Positions 27,116 to 36,279 of a stretch of 64,000 nt of DNA are shown here, piece by piece. The notes below the pieces were generated by a model. The model had not been told where the DNA came from, did no database searches, and worked only from the letters and a program-made list of their open reading frames with translations. Position 1 is the stretch's first letter; each line of letters opens with the position of its first letter. Source of the stretch: an uncultured Alphaproteobacteria bacterium (lineage in GTDB: Bacteria; Pseudomonadota; Alphaproteobacteria; Rhizobiales; Xanthobacteraceae). The position numbers and the translations under genes were made by a program. The DNA lies in assembly GCA_963733645.1 (NCBI GenBank), contig CAVTFP010000015.1, positions 58,375-122,374 on the forward strand, read 5' to 3'.

Positions 27116-28771
27116 ATGCTGGACAAGCGCGCAAGTGACAAGGCGAAAGCTCAAACGAGCGGCCCGCCACTCGATTTCCAGGAGCATTTGGCGCGGCTGG
27201 AGGCGCGAGGCCTGCTGGTGCGCGTCGAGCGGCCGATCAACAAGGACACCGAGCTGCATCCGCTGCTGCGCTGGCAGTTCCAGGGCGGGCTGAAGGAGGA
27301 GCAGCGGCGAGCATTCCTGTTTACCAACGTAGTGGACAGTGCTGGGCGGCGTTATGACATTCCGGTCGCGATCGGTGCTCTGGCGTCGTCGGCGCGAATC
27401 TACGCTGTCGGCATGGGCTGCACGGTCGAGGACATTGGCGATGCGTGGCTGCGGGCCATCGCCAATCCGATCGTACCCACAACGGTCACTGCGGCGCCAT
27501 GTCAGGAAGTCGTCATCAAGGGCGACGCGCTGCGCGATCCAAACGGCGGCCTGAAGGCACTGCCGGTGCCGATCTCGACGCCGGGATACGACGCGGCGCC
27601 ATATCTGACGGCGACATTGTGTATCACCCAGGATCCCGAGACCGGCATCCGCAATATGGGTACCTACCGCGCGGCGCTCAAAGCGACCGACCGGCTCGGC
27701 GTTCGTATGGCGGCACGCATCGGCGGCGCCGGCGGCTATCTGCACTGGCAGAAATACCGCAAGCTGAAAAAGCCGATGCCCATCGCGATCGTTGTCGGTT
27801 GCGCGCCAGTCGTGATGTTCACCGGCCCGCAGAAGCTGCCGATCGATCTCGATGAAATGGCGGTTGCCGGTGGATTGGCCGGTGTGCCGATCCGTGTCGC
27901 CAGGGCCGTCACTATCGATCTCGACGTGCCGGCAGACGCCGAGATCGTGATCGAGGGGCTGATCGATCCCGAACTGCTCGAGCCCGAAGGGCCATTCGGC
28001 GAAAGCCACGGCCATATCGCGCTCGAAGATTTCAACATGTCAATGCAGGTCACCGCGATCACGCACAAAAGCGCGCCGGTCTATACCTCGATCCTCAGTG
28101 AAGTGACGCCGAGCGAATCGAGCGTTATGAAGCGGGTCGCCTACGAGCCGCGCTATCTGGCGCACTTGCGCGACACGCTGGCGATCAAGGGCGTGCGGCG
28201 AGTCGTCATGCATGAGCCGCTGACCAATTTGCGAAAGGTTCTGTTCGTGCAGTTCGCGCCCGGCGTACCGCGCACGGAAATCTGGCGGGCGTTGCATGGC
28301 GCAGCCACTTTGCAGGCCGATATCGGCAAATACGTCATTGCAGTAAGCGAAGATATCGATCCGGAAAATCCAGACGCCGTGTTCTGGTCGCTCGCTTATC
28401 GCGCCAATCCGGCCGCCGACGTTTTCATCTCGCCACATCGCGCCGAAGGCCACGGCCCGAAATCAGGGCCGCGCGGCGAAGAAGCGACGCTGCTTATCGA
28501 CGCAACACTGAAGGAGCCGGCGCCGCCGCTGGCGCTGCCCAAGCGCGAATTCATGGAGGGCGCGCGCAAGATCTGGGAGGAGCTCGGCCTGCCGGCGCTG
28601 ACGCCACAGCCGCCATGGTACGGCTATTCGCTCGGCGACTGGGATTCGATGTGGGACGTCTACGCGGAACGCGCCGTTGCCGGCAAATGGGAAGAGACCG
28701 GCAAGGAGACGTTCGCGCAGCGTCGCGGCGGCCTGACGCCGGAAACGCCGGTGCGCAACGTGAAGGATTAG
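27116..28771 (+). CDS. UbiD-family (prenyl-FMN-dependent) reversible decarboxylase
   Basis: PLDFQEHLARLEARGLLVRVERPINKDTELHPLLRWQF N-terminus and length are typical of UbiD. Start chosen at the ATG at 27116; 27086 is also possible. UbiX lies two genes upstream. Confidence 0.85.
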   Translation: MLDKRASDKAKAQTSGPPLDFQEHLARLEARGLLVRVERPINKDTELHPLLRWQFQGGLKEEQRRAFLFTNVVDSAGRRYDIPVAIGALASSARIYAVGMGCTVEDIGDAWLRAIANPIVPTTVTAAPCQEVVIKGDALRDPNGGLKALPVPISTPGYDAAPYLTATLCITQDPETGIRNMGTYRAALKATDRLGVRMAARIGGAGGYLHWQKYRKLKKPMPIAIVVGCAPVVMFTGPQKLPIDLDEMAVAGGLAGVPIRVARAVTIDLDVPADAEIVIEGLIDPELLEPEGPFGESHGHIALEDFNMSMQVTAITHKSAPVYTSILSEVTPSESSVMKRVAYEPRYLAHLRDTLAIKGVRRVVMHEPLTNLRKVLFVQFAPGVPRTEIWRALHGAATLQADIGKYVIAVSEDIDPENPDAVFWSLAYRANPAADVFISPHRAEGHGPKSGPRGEEATLLIDATLKEPAPPLALPKREFMEGARKIWEELGLPALTPQPPWYGYSLGDWDSMWDVYAERAVAGKWEETGKETFAQRRGGLTPETPVRNVKD

Positions 28772-28825
28772 GATTCACTCTCCCGCCACGCGGGGAGGGA
28801 GTAGCAAGCGGCAGGGCACGTCATC

Positions 28826-29665
28826 ATGAAAGAGATCCGCGCCATCGGTATAGTCGGGCTCGGCAAGATGGGCATGCCGATGGCGCGGCTGCTGCGTGAG
28901 CGCGGCTTCACAGTGACCGCCTATGATGTCGCGATGCCTATGGTGAAGGTCGCCGCGGGCAAAGGCATCCAGCCAGTCAATTCGCCGAAAGCGGTGGCGT
29001 CGGCGAGCGATCTCGTCATCATCGCGGTGGGTTTTGATTCCGAAGTCGAGGCTGTGATGTTCGGCGACAATGGCGTGCTCGCCGGCGCGGCCGACGGCAG
29101 CGTCATCGCTATCGCCTCGACCGTCGCGCCCGCTACCATGCGCAAGCTCGCCAAGCGTTGTGCCGGCCGGCCGGCGATTTCGCTGCTCGACATTCCACTG
29201 TGCCGCGGCGAACAGGCGGCCGAGCGCGGCAAGCTTCTGATCATGGGCGGTGGCGATAAGGACGCGTTCGATGCCTGCCGACCAGCGTTTGCAGCATTTG
29301 CGGATACCGTTTTCCATTTGGGTCCGCTCGGCTCCGGCCAAGTTGGCAAGATGGTCAATAACCTCATCCTGTGGGCCTGCATCTCGGCGAACGACGAAGG
29401 ACTGAAACTCGGCAATAGGCTCGGCGTCGAGCGCGACGCGCTGCGCGAAGCCCTAGTGGCATCGAGCGCCAGCAACTGGGCGCTGGCCTCGCGCATCGAG
29501 GAGCAGCCGATGCCCTGGGCCGAGAAGGACATGAGCATCGTACTGAAAGAGGCCGATCACCTGCGTATGAGCGTGCCGCTCTGCGGCGTGGTTAAGGAAG
29601 TCGTCAAGACCGTGAAGTTCGAGCGCAACTGGCCGACCCCGCGCGAGCCGGGCGACGACATCTAA
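28826..29665 (+). CDS. NAD(P)-dependent oxidoreductase of the 3-hydroxyisobutyrate/6-phosphogluconate dehydrogenase family
   Basis: Rossmann motif IGIVGLGKMGMPMARLL. ~280 aa. Confidence 0.85.
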   Translation: MKEIRAIGIVGLGKMGMPMARLLRERGFTVTAYDVAMPMVKVAAGKGIQPVNSPKAVASASDLVIIAVGFDSEVEAVMFGDNGVLAGAADGSVIAIASTVAPATMRKLAKRCAGRPAISLLDIPLCRGEQAAERGKLLIMGGGDKDAFDACRPAFAAFADTVFHLGPLGSGQVGKMVNNLILWACISANDEGLKLGNRLGVERDALREALVASSASNWALASRIEEQPMPWAEKDMSIVLKEADHLRMSVPLCGVVKEVVKTVKFERNWPTPREPGDDI

Positions 29666-29829
29666 GCCGGTCTTAATAATTCCAGCGCATCAAAGGGCCA
29701 ATCCCGCATGGGTCGGATGCCCATATCGGGGTAGCGATTCCAGCCTTCGGGCGATAAATAGTTCGTCACGAATCAAGAACGTAAGCCCGCGCTGGCTTCC
29801 GCCGCGCAAAGGCTGGAAAGGTTTCCCTC

Positions 29830-31053
29830 GTGGCTCAGGTCGTCGTGGATCGGCAACAGGCCGGCAGTGGTGTATTTGCCGTTTTGGCGGCGGTCAGCTT
29901 TTGCCACCTGCTGAACGACCTGACCGTGTCGCTCCTGCCTGCGATCTATCCGATCCTCAAGAGTGGATTCGATCTCAGCTTCGGCCAGATCGAACTCATC
30001 ACGCTGGTGCTTCAGGGCATCGCCTCGCTGTTGCAGCCGCTGGTCGGTCTCTACACGGACCACAAGCCGCAACCTTATTCGCTGACCTATGGCATGGGTT
30101 GCACGCTGATCGGCATCTGCCTGCTCGCGTACGCACCGAACTATTTTGTCCTGCTTGGCGGAGCCGCCTTGCTCGGCCTCGGCGCATCGATCTTTCATCC
30201 GGAAGCGTCGCGGCTGGCGCGGCTTGCCTCGGGCGGTGCCCATGGCATGGCGCAATCGCTGTTCCAGCTCGGCGGCAGCTTCGGCAGCTCGATCGGTCCG
30301 CTGCTGGCGGCCTTCTTCATCCTGCCGCGCGGGCAAAGCAGTCTCGTCTGGTTCGCGCTCGTGGCGCTCCTTGCCATGGGCATCCTGGCGCTGCTCGGCA
30401 ACTGGTACCGCAACACAGGTCACGCCGTGCCGAGAGCGCGCAATTCGGCGATCTACACCGCGGTCGTGCCCAAGTCGCAGGTGCGGCGCGCCATCGCGGT
30501 GCTGGTTGCGCTGATCTTCTCAAAGTACTTCTATCTGTCGAGCATCACCAGCTACTACATCTTCTATTTGATGCATCGCTTTGCGCTGCCGACGGCAACG
30601 GCGCAGATTTATCTGTTCGTCTTCCTGGCTGCGGCGGCCGCGGGCACTTTCATCGGCGGTCCGATCGGCGACCGTTTCGGCCGCAAGGTTGTCATCTGGG
30701 TTTCGATCCTCGGCGTGCTGCCATTCACCTTGGCGCTGCCCTATGTCGGGCTTGCGGCGACCGTGGCGTTGAGCGTGCTGATCGGGTTGATCTTGTCGTC
30801 GGCATTCTCGGCGATCGTCGTCTATGCGCAGGAGTTGATGCCGGGTCGTGTCGGTATGGTGTCCGGCCTGTTCTTCGGCGCGGCGTTCGGAATGGCCGGC
30901 ATCGGCGCCGCGGCTCTGGGCGAGCTTGCCGATTTTACCAATATCGAGTTCGTCTATCGCGTCTGCTCGTTCCTGCCGCTGATCGGTCTGCTCACCGCTC
31001 TACTGCCGGATATTGAGGGACGTTCCCGACCCAAAGCGGTGGCCGCTCGGTAA
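29830..31053 (+). CDS. MFS transporter (Fsr-like)
   Basis: 12-TM-like hydrophobic profile. FCHLLNDL and GPIGDRFGRK motifs. GTG start. Confidence 0.8.
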   Translation: MAQVVVDRQQAGSGVFAVLAAVSFCHLLNDLTVSLLPAIYPILKSGFDLSFGQIELITLVLQGIASLLQPLVGLYTDHKPQPYSLTYGMGCTLIGICLLAYAPNYFVLLGGAALLGLGASIFHPEASRLARLASGGAHGMAQSLFQLGGSFGSSIGPLLAAFFILPRGQSSLVWFALVALLAMGILALLGNWYRNTGHAVPRARNSAIYTAVVPKSQVRRAIAVLVALIFSKYFYLSSITSYYIFYLMHRFALPTATAQIYLFVFLAAAAAGTFIGGPIGDRFGRKVVIWVSILGVLPFTLALPYVGLAATVALSVLIGLILSSAFSAIVVYAQELMPGRVGMVSGLFFGAAFGMAGIGAAALGELADFTNIEFVYRVCSFLPLIGLLTALLPDIEGRSRPKAVAAR

Positions 31054-31059
31054 CGCCGG

Positions 31060-32836
31060 TCACCGCGGCCGCAGCACCGTATCGATTAGTGCCGGCTTGC
31101 CAGCCTTCACTTGCGCGATGGCGCGTCGCAAGGCGGGCGCAATGCCGGCAGGCTGCTCGATTGGGCCCTCGGCGTACCAGCCCATGCTTTTCGCCATCGT
31201 GGCGAAATCGGGGTCGGGGCCGGTGATGTCTTGTGCGATGTAGGCGCGTTCGACCGGTGTGCCACGGTGGTGCGCGACGCGGATCTGGTGCTCCCAGTCG
31301 TTGTAATAGGCGCGGTTGTTGTACATCACGATCAGCATCGGAATGTTGTTCTTGGCCACAGTCCATAGCGCGCCAGCGTCGAACATCAGGTCGCCGTCAG
31401 GTTGGATGTCGACGACAAGGCGGCCTTTGTCGCGGTGCGCGAGCGCCACGCCGGCCGACGTGCCGATCTGCGTGCCGGTGCCGAGTGCCTGGCCGGAGTG
31501 GCGGTGGCTCTTATCAAAATCCCATAGTTTGTAGCACCAGTCCTGGAGAGTGGCGCCGGTGAGCACCCAGTCCTCGTCCTTGATCACATCCCAGACTTCG
31601 CTTGCAAGCCGCGGCAGGGTGATCGGCACACCGTCCCAGTCCTTCTTGGCGTCCTCGGCCCATTTCTTAAACATCGCGTCGTGTTTTGCGGTCACCGTCT
31701 TGGTGCGTTCGGCAATCGCTTTGCTCAGCGCTGGATTTTTGGCGATGCGTTCGCGGCAGATGCGGGTCAATTCCGGAATGGCTGTGAGCGTATCGCCGAG
31801 CACGCGCATGCTGCAGGTCGGCATCCGCGAATAGTCCATCGACCACTTGCTCAAGTTGATCTCGCCGAAGCCGATTTCGATCATTTCGCAATTCGGCGGA
31901 TAGTGCGGCACAACCTGGCGCTTGGTGCGGTCGTTGAAGTGGGTCGATTTTTCCCAGTCGCGCGTATCAAGCGACAGGATGAGGTCGGCATCTTTGAAGA
32001 TTTCCTTCTCGCAACTGAGATTGAGCGGATGACGGTTGGGAAAGTTCAGTCGCGCATGGACATCGAACACCGCGGCACCGACTGTCTCGGCGAGTGCCAC
32101 AAGATTCTCGAAGCCGCCTTCGCTGCGCGCGACATATTCGGCCATCAAAACCGGATATTTTGCAGCCAGCAGGCGGTCGGCGACTTGCTCGAGCGCCTTG
32201 ATGTCGGCGGCCATCGGCACCGGTACCTTATTGTCTGCCGCTTTCGGCAGCGCCACGTCCCTCGACAGCGGTTGTTCTTGCAGCCAAGCGTCGTAACACA
32301 TGTAGATCGGGCCCTGCGGCTCGGTCATCATCGCCGCATAGGCACGGGCAAATGAATCCGGCACGCCCTCGATGCTCGACGGCTGATAGTCCCATTTCAC
32401 GTAATGGCGGACCTGCTCGCCGTTGACGTTGGCGGTGTGTATCCAATCGATGAATGGGCGGCGCCGGCTTTCGTCCATGGGGCCTGTGGCGCCGATAACG
32501 AAGATCGGGCAGCGATCGATATAGGCGTAATAAATACCCATTGTGGCGTGCAAGCATGCCGACCACGTCGTGGACGATCGCCACCATCGGCCTGCCGGTC
32601 GCCTTGGCGTAGCCGTGGGCGATCTGCACGGCGATCTTCTCGTGTTGGCAGAGCAGGATTGGCGGCTGGTTGCCACCGTAGTTCACCAGCGAATCGTGCA
32701 GGCCGCGGTAGCTGGCGCCCGGATTGAGCGCGATATAGGGGAAGCCGTAATGCTTGATGAGATCGACGATGACGTCGGACTGCCAAGCCTTCTCGGCGTA
32801 GCTGACTGGTGCATTCGATTTGGCGACATCATTCAT
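31060..32836 (-). pseudogene. Thiamine-diphosphate-dependent enzyme (ALS-like), +1 frame break at ~32554
   Basis: N-terminal part MNDVAKSNAPVSYAEKAWQSDVIVDLIKHYGF...VHDVVGM (ORF 32228..33136 frame) continues as LHATMGIYYAYIDRCPIFVIGATGP... (ORF 31060..32676 frame). Length 1777 nt is 3n+1. Confidence 0.75.
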
Positions 32837-32901
32837 CGGCGCGGCCTCTTTGGATAATTCTGCGGGACCATACGGGGCAGGCGGCGCGCGGGCAACGCCG
32901 T

Positions 32902-33690
32902 TTAGGGCCGTACCGCCGGCGTTTCCATGGCCATGCCGCGGGCGCGCCACATCAGGAACATTTCGAGGTCGACAAGCTCGGGCGCACCATAGTCGTACGG
33001 CTCGGCGCGCACGGCACTCATGCAGCCGCGCAGCCGGCGTTGCAGCGACCCGACCTCCTGCCACTCCAGGCGATAGATCGGATAGCCGGTCGGCTCTGCT
33101 TGCGGGATGAGATTGCCGGCAAGCTCTTTGCCCCAATTATCGTCGTGACATTGCGCGCAGGACAGGTCGAGCTGACCCTGGCGGCGCTCGAAGATGGCGC
33201 GGCCGGCCTCGATGAATGGCTTTGTCTGTGTGTCCTCCTCGACCGCGACCGGCAAGCCGCGCGACTGATGCGCGATATAGACGGTGAGTGCGAGCAACTC
33301 CTTGCTCTCGAACGCCAGCGCTGGCGCTTTCTGGTCGCCGGCGCGACTCATATTGATCTTCTGTTCGAGATCGATCGGACGGCCAAGCTGTGCGTCGAAC
33401 GCCGGGTGGCGCGACGCGACGCCTTTCATGCTGACGGCGGCGTCGCCGTGACAGTCGGCGCACGATTTATTCGTCGCTCCGGCCTTTTCGTTCCACAGCG
33501 TCTCGCCGTCGAGCACCGCGAGCATCCCCGGATTGGCCGTATCGTCGTTTTGCATGGCACGGGTATCGGCGCCGACGAAGGCGCCATCGGAGCGTCGTTG
33601 GTCGAGTGCGATTTCGGCCCCTGTGGCGTTTTCGGCAGCGGCAAGTGCCGTAGTCAGGACCGCGATGAGCGCAAGCTTTGCCGCCGGCAT
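32902..33690 (-). CDS. soxA: SoxA, dihaem c-type cytochrome subunit of the SoxAX thiosulfate-oxidation complex
   Basis: Two CxxCH motifs (CADCH, CAQCH), conserved ...GSLQRRLRGCM... region, signal peptide. Confidence 0.85.
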   Translation of the reverse strand: MPAAKLALIAVLTTALAAAENATGAEIALDQRRSDGAFVGADTRAMQNDDTANPGMLAVLDGETLWNEKAGATNKSCADCHGDAAVSMKGVASRHPAFDAQLGRPIDLEQKINMSRAGDQKAPALAFESKELLALTVYIAHQSRGLPVAVEEDTQTKPFIEAGRAIFERRQGQLDLSCAQCHDDNWGKELAGNLIPQAEPTGYPIYRLEWQEVGSLQRRLRGCMSAVRAEPYDYGAPELVDLEMFLMWRARGMAMETPAVRP

Positions 33691-33693
33691 CGA

Positions 33694-34017
33694 TCATTCC
33701 ACTTTGATTTGGGCGGTTTGCACCCGCGTGGCGCCATGCTGATCGGTCCATGAAAACGCTAGAGTGCCACTTTCGGTCGCGACGGTGAAAAAAGAGATGA
33801 ACGGGTTGGCCGCGACGGCGGGATAAAGCGTGGCGCGGAATATCTCCTCGCCGTTATAGGTGCAAACAAAATCGTCGATGATGTCACGCGGAATTGGTTG
33901 GCCGGTGACGCCGATGCGGTAGCCGGTCTCCATGATATGCGAGACCAGAGTCTTTATCTCGATCACGTCACCGCGCTTGGCGGTCGCCGGAACGTGAATG
34001 AGGGCACGGCCGATCAT
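33694..34017 (-). CDS. soxZ: SoxZ, sulfur-carrier complex subunit
   Basis: 107 aa. MIGRALIHVPATAKRGDVIEIKTLVSHIMETG is typical of SoxZ. The ATG overlaps the soxY stop (ATGA at 34014-34017). Confidence 0.85.
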   Translation of the reverse strand: MIGRALIHVPATAKRGDVIEIKTLVSHIMETGYRIGVTGQPIPRDIIDDFVCTYNGEEIFRATLYPAVAANPFISFFTVATESGTLAFSWTDQHGATRVQTAQIKVE

Positions 34018-34490
34018 GGCTTCGGCTCCTCGACACAGGCCGCCAGCGTCACAATGACGTCGATATCGTCAGACCAGCAGGTGCCGTCGGACATTTCCGC
34101 AATCGCCGTCACGGTCTGAGTATCGGCGAGCCGGATGCGCGTGGAGAAATTGGCCCGCCCGGCGCGCGGACCGAGCTTGACGCTGATGACGTTTGGCTGT
34201 GGATTTTTCTCGTTGAAGATGTGGATTGCCTTCACGTAGTCGGCCGCCGTCATCGGGCTGTCGACCGAAACGGTGCAGGGCACCGAATTGCCATTCTCCA
34301 CCAGCGGCGGCAAATCGAGTTTGACTTTGCCCTTTTTGACCGGTGCTTCGCCGATGGCGCTGCGTATCGCGTCCTGCATCATTTCAGGCGTGGCTTCGGC
34401 CGGCTTGACCGTAAGGCGCGCCAACGCGCCGGCGCCGGCCAGCGCACCGGCCGCTTTGAGGATTTTACGCCGCGAGTGTCGGTCAGCCAT
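34014..34490 (-). CDS. soxY: SoxY-like sulfur-carrier protein with a Tat signal and a non-canonical C-terminus
   Basis: MADRHSRRKILKAAGALAGAGALA Tat signal and SoxY-like body. The C-terminus reads ...VTLAACVEEPKP rather than GGCGG. Start set to the ATG at 34490 (the ORF track starts at TTG 34505). Confidence 0.8.
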   Translation of the reverse strand: MADRHSRRKILKAAGALAGAGALARLTVKPAEATPEMMQDAIRSAIGEAPVKKGKVKLDLPPLVENGNSVPCTVSVDSPMTAADYVKAIHIFNEKNPQPNVISVKLGPRAGRANFSTRIRLADTQTVTAIAEMSDGTCWSDDIDVIVTLAACVEEPKP

Positions 34491-34508
34491 GCGTCGTGCG
34501 TCCAAGAC

Positions 34509-34988
34509 TCATTTCAATGTCGTCAGATAGGCCACCACGTCCTCGACTTCCATGGCCGTGAGCACCGGCTTGTCGCGATAGGCCGCTGGCACCCGCGTCA
34601 AACCGTCGACGTGATAGAATGGCGGCATGATCGTATCCGGGTTGAACTTGCGCGGATCAACGATCCGCAGCCGCAATTGTCCTTCGCTCCAGCGCGAACC
34701 GGTGCCGCTGAGATCGGGCCCGATATTGCCCTGGAACCGATCTTCCGGGAACGGCCCGGAGTGGCAGAGCAGGCAGAGACCGACATTGCGGTTGGCGACG
34801 ATCGCCCGGCCGCGTGCGGGATCGCCTTTGGTGCCGGTCAGCGACGCCGGAATAGCGTCACCAACGATCGTATAATTCACGAGTTCGGCCTCGGCCGGCG
34901 CCGCAATTGCCGCGCCGAGAACAAACGCGCCGATGTAGGCGCGCGCTTTAACCGAAAATCTCTGCGGTAATGTCGTTGAACCACGCAT
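34509..34988 (-). CDS. soxX: SoxX, monohaem c-type cytochrome
   Basis: CLLCH haem motif followed by GPDLSG...GQLRLRIVD. Start at the ATG at 34988 gives a signal peptide (MRGSTTLPQRFSVKARAYIGAFVLGAAIAAPAEA) and overlaps the soxF end by 41 nt. Confidence 0.75.
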   Translation of the reverse strand: MRGSTTLPQRFSVKARAYIGAFVLGAAIAAPAEAELVNYTIVGDAIPASLTGTKGDPARGRAIVANRNVGLCLLCHSGPFPEDRFQGNIGPDLSGTGSRWSEGQLRLRIVDPRKFNPDTIMPPFYHVDGLTRVPAAYRDKPVLTAMEVEDVVAYLTTLK

Positions 34989-36237
34989 CGGCTTTTTTTG
35001 CTTCGTCGGCGCGAAAAGTCGGCGGCGCGTCAAGCGGACTGGATTTGATGGAATCATCCACTTCCGCATATTCGCCGTTGACCGGCTCAAACAGGCCGCT
35101 GATCGAAATCGCATAGTTGGGCGCTACTATGCTGTAGCAATTGCTGGTCAGCTTCGCCGCGGCTGGTGTTTCGCCCCGGAGCAAAGTCGCCACCGCCGTG
35201 GCGCAAAGTTTGCCTTCGATTGACCCGGAGAAAGCCGATTTCGGCATGGCGCCGGCGAGCGCGGCGTCGCCGATGACGTGGATGTTCTTCTGCTGCAGCG
35301 ACTCGAACGTCACCGGATCGACCGGACACCAGCCGGTGTGATCGGCCACGCCCGCCAGCGCCGCGATCTTTCCGGCCTTCTGCGGCGGGATCACATTGGC
35401 GACGGCGTATTGATAGGTGTCGAAGTCGGTCTCGATCGTCTTTTTGGCGACGTCGATCGAGGCGGCATTGCCGCCGGACGACGGCGACTTCCATTCGATG
35501 ATGCTTGGATAGAGCGCCTGCCATGCTTTCGTGAAAAGCGGCTGCATGGTGAAAGTGTCCTTGGCGTCGAGGATCACCAGCTTCGATCGCGGCTTATTGG
35601 CTTTCAGGTAATACGCGATCATGCTCGCGCGCTCGTAGGGACCGGGTGGGCAGCGCGACGGATTAGCCGGCGCCACCAACACGACAAGGCCGCCGTCGTC
35701 CATGGCCGCAATCTGGCGGTGCAGTAATTCATACTGCGCGGCATCCGTCGTCCAAGCATGGGGCACTTGGCTGGCCGCCGCCTCGCTATAGCCGGGCAGC
35801 GCGTCCCAGCGGAGTTCGATGCCGGGGGCGATCACCAGCCTGTCGTACGGCAGCGTGCTTCCGGTTGAGAGCGTTACGTTGCGAGCTTGCGCATCGACGC
35901 CGGTGGCGGTCGCAAAGACGACACCGATGCCGGCTGCGGTTAGTTTATCGTAGCCAAATTGCTGGTCGGACAGTTGGCGAAGGCCGCCGAGCACGCCGTT
36001 GCTCAGCGGTGGTGCGGTGTAGGTGCGTCGCGTCTCGACCAAAGTAATAGCGATATCTTTATTGGCTGCGTGTAGCGCCCGCGCGCAACTGGCGCCGGCA
36101 AAGCCGCCACCGACAATGACAACGCGCGGCGCGGCTTGCGCACGGACCGCGCGCGGCCATAACGCTACGGCTGCGGCAGCATTGCCCCCGCCCTGGAGGA
36201 TTTGCCGCCGTGTCCTGGTCGTGCGCTCTGTCGTCAT
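34948..36237 (-). CDS. soxF: Flavocytochrome-c sulfide dehydrogenase flavoprotein (FccB/SoxF-like) with a Tat signal
   Basis: TRRQILQGGGNAAAAVALWPRAVRA signal. FAD fold VVIVGGGFAGASCA. Confidence 0.8.
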   Translation of the reverse strand: MTTERTTRTRRQILQGGGNAAAAVALWPRAVRAQAAPRVVIVGGGFAGASCARALHAANKDIAITLVETRRTYTAPPLSNGVLGGLRQLSDQQFGYDKLTAAGIGVVFATATGVDAQARNVTLSTGSTLPYDRLVIAPGIELRWDALPGYSEAAASQVPHAWTTDAAQYELLHRQIAAMDDGGLVVLVAPANPSRCPPGPYERASMIAYYLKANKPRSKLVILDAKDTFTMQPLFTKAWQALYPSIIEWKSPSSGGNAASIDVAKKTIETDFDTYQYAVANVIPPQKAGKIAALAGVADHTGWCPVDPVTFESLQQKNIHVIGDAALAGAMPKSAFSGSIEGKLCATAVATLLRGETPAAAKLTSNCYSIVAPNYAISISGLFEPVNGEYAEVDDSIKSSPLDAPPTFRADEAKKADAWFNDITAEIFG

Positions 36238-36279
36238 TACAAAGCAAAGCGGCGGGCCGAAGCCCGCCGCATGTTCCGC

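Noticed and set aside
28772-28825. Short hairpin-like sequence cccgc-cac-gcggg between UbiD and the dehydrogenase gene as a possible terminator or repeat element
   Set aside because: The stem is only 5-6 bp with a 3-nt loop and no T-tract. That is too weak to call.
34010-34060. Idea that the odd SoxY C-terminus results from a frameshift that originally fused SoxY to SoxZ
   Set aside because: The alternative frame gives ...GGLCRGAEAMIGR..., which is also not the canonical GGCGG tail. The present frame ends with a clean ATGA overlap typical of the soxY/soxZ junction. There is no positive evidence for an indel.
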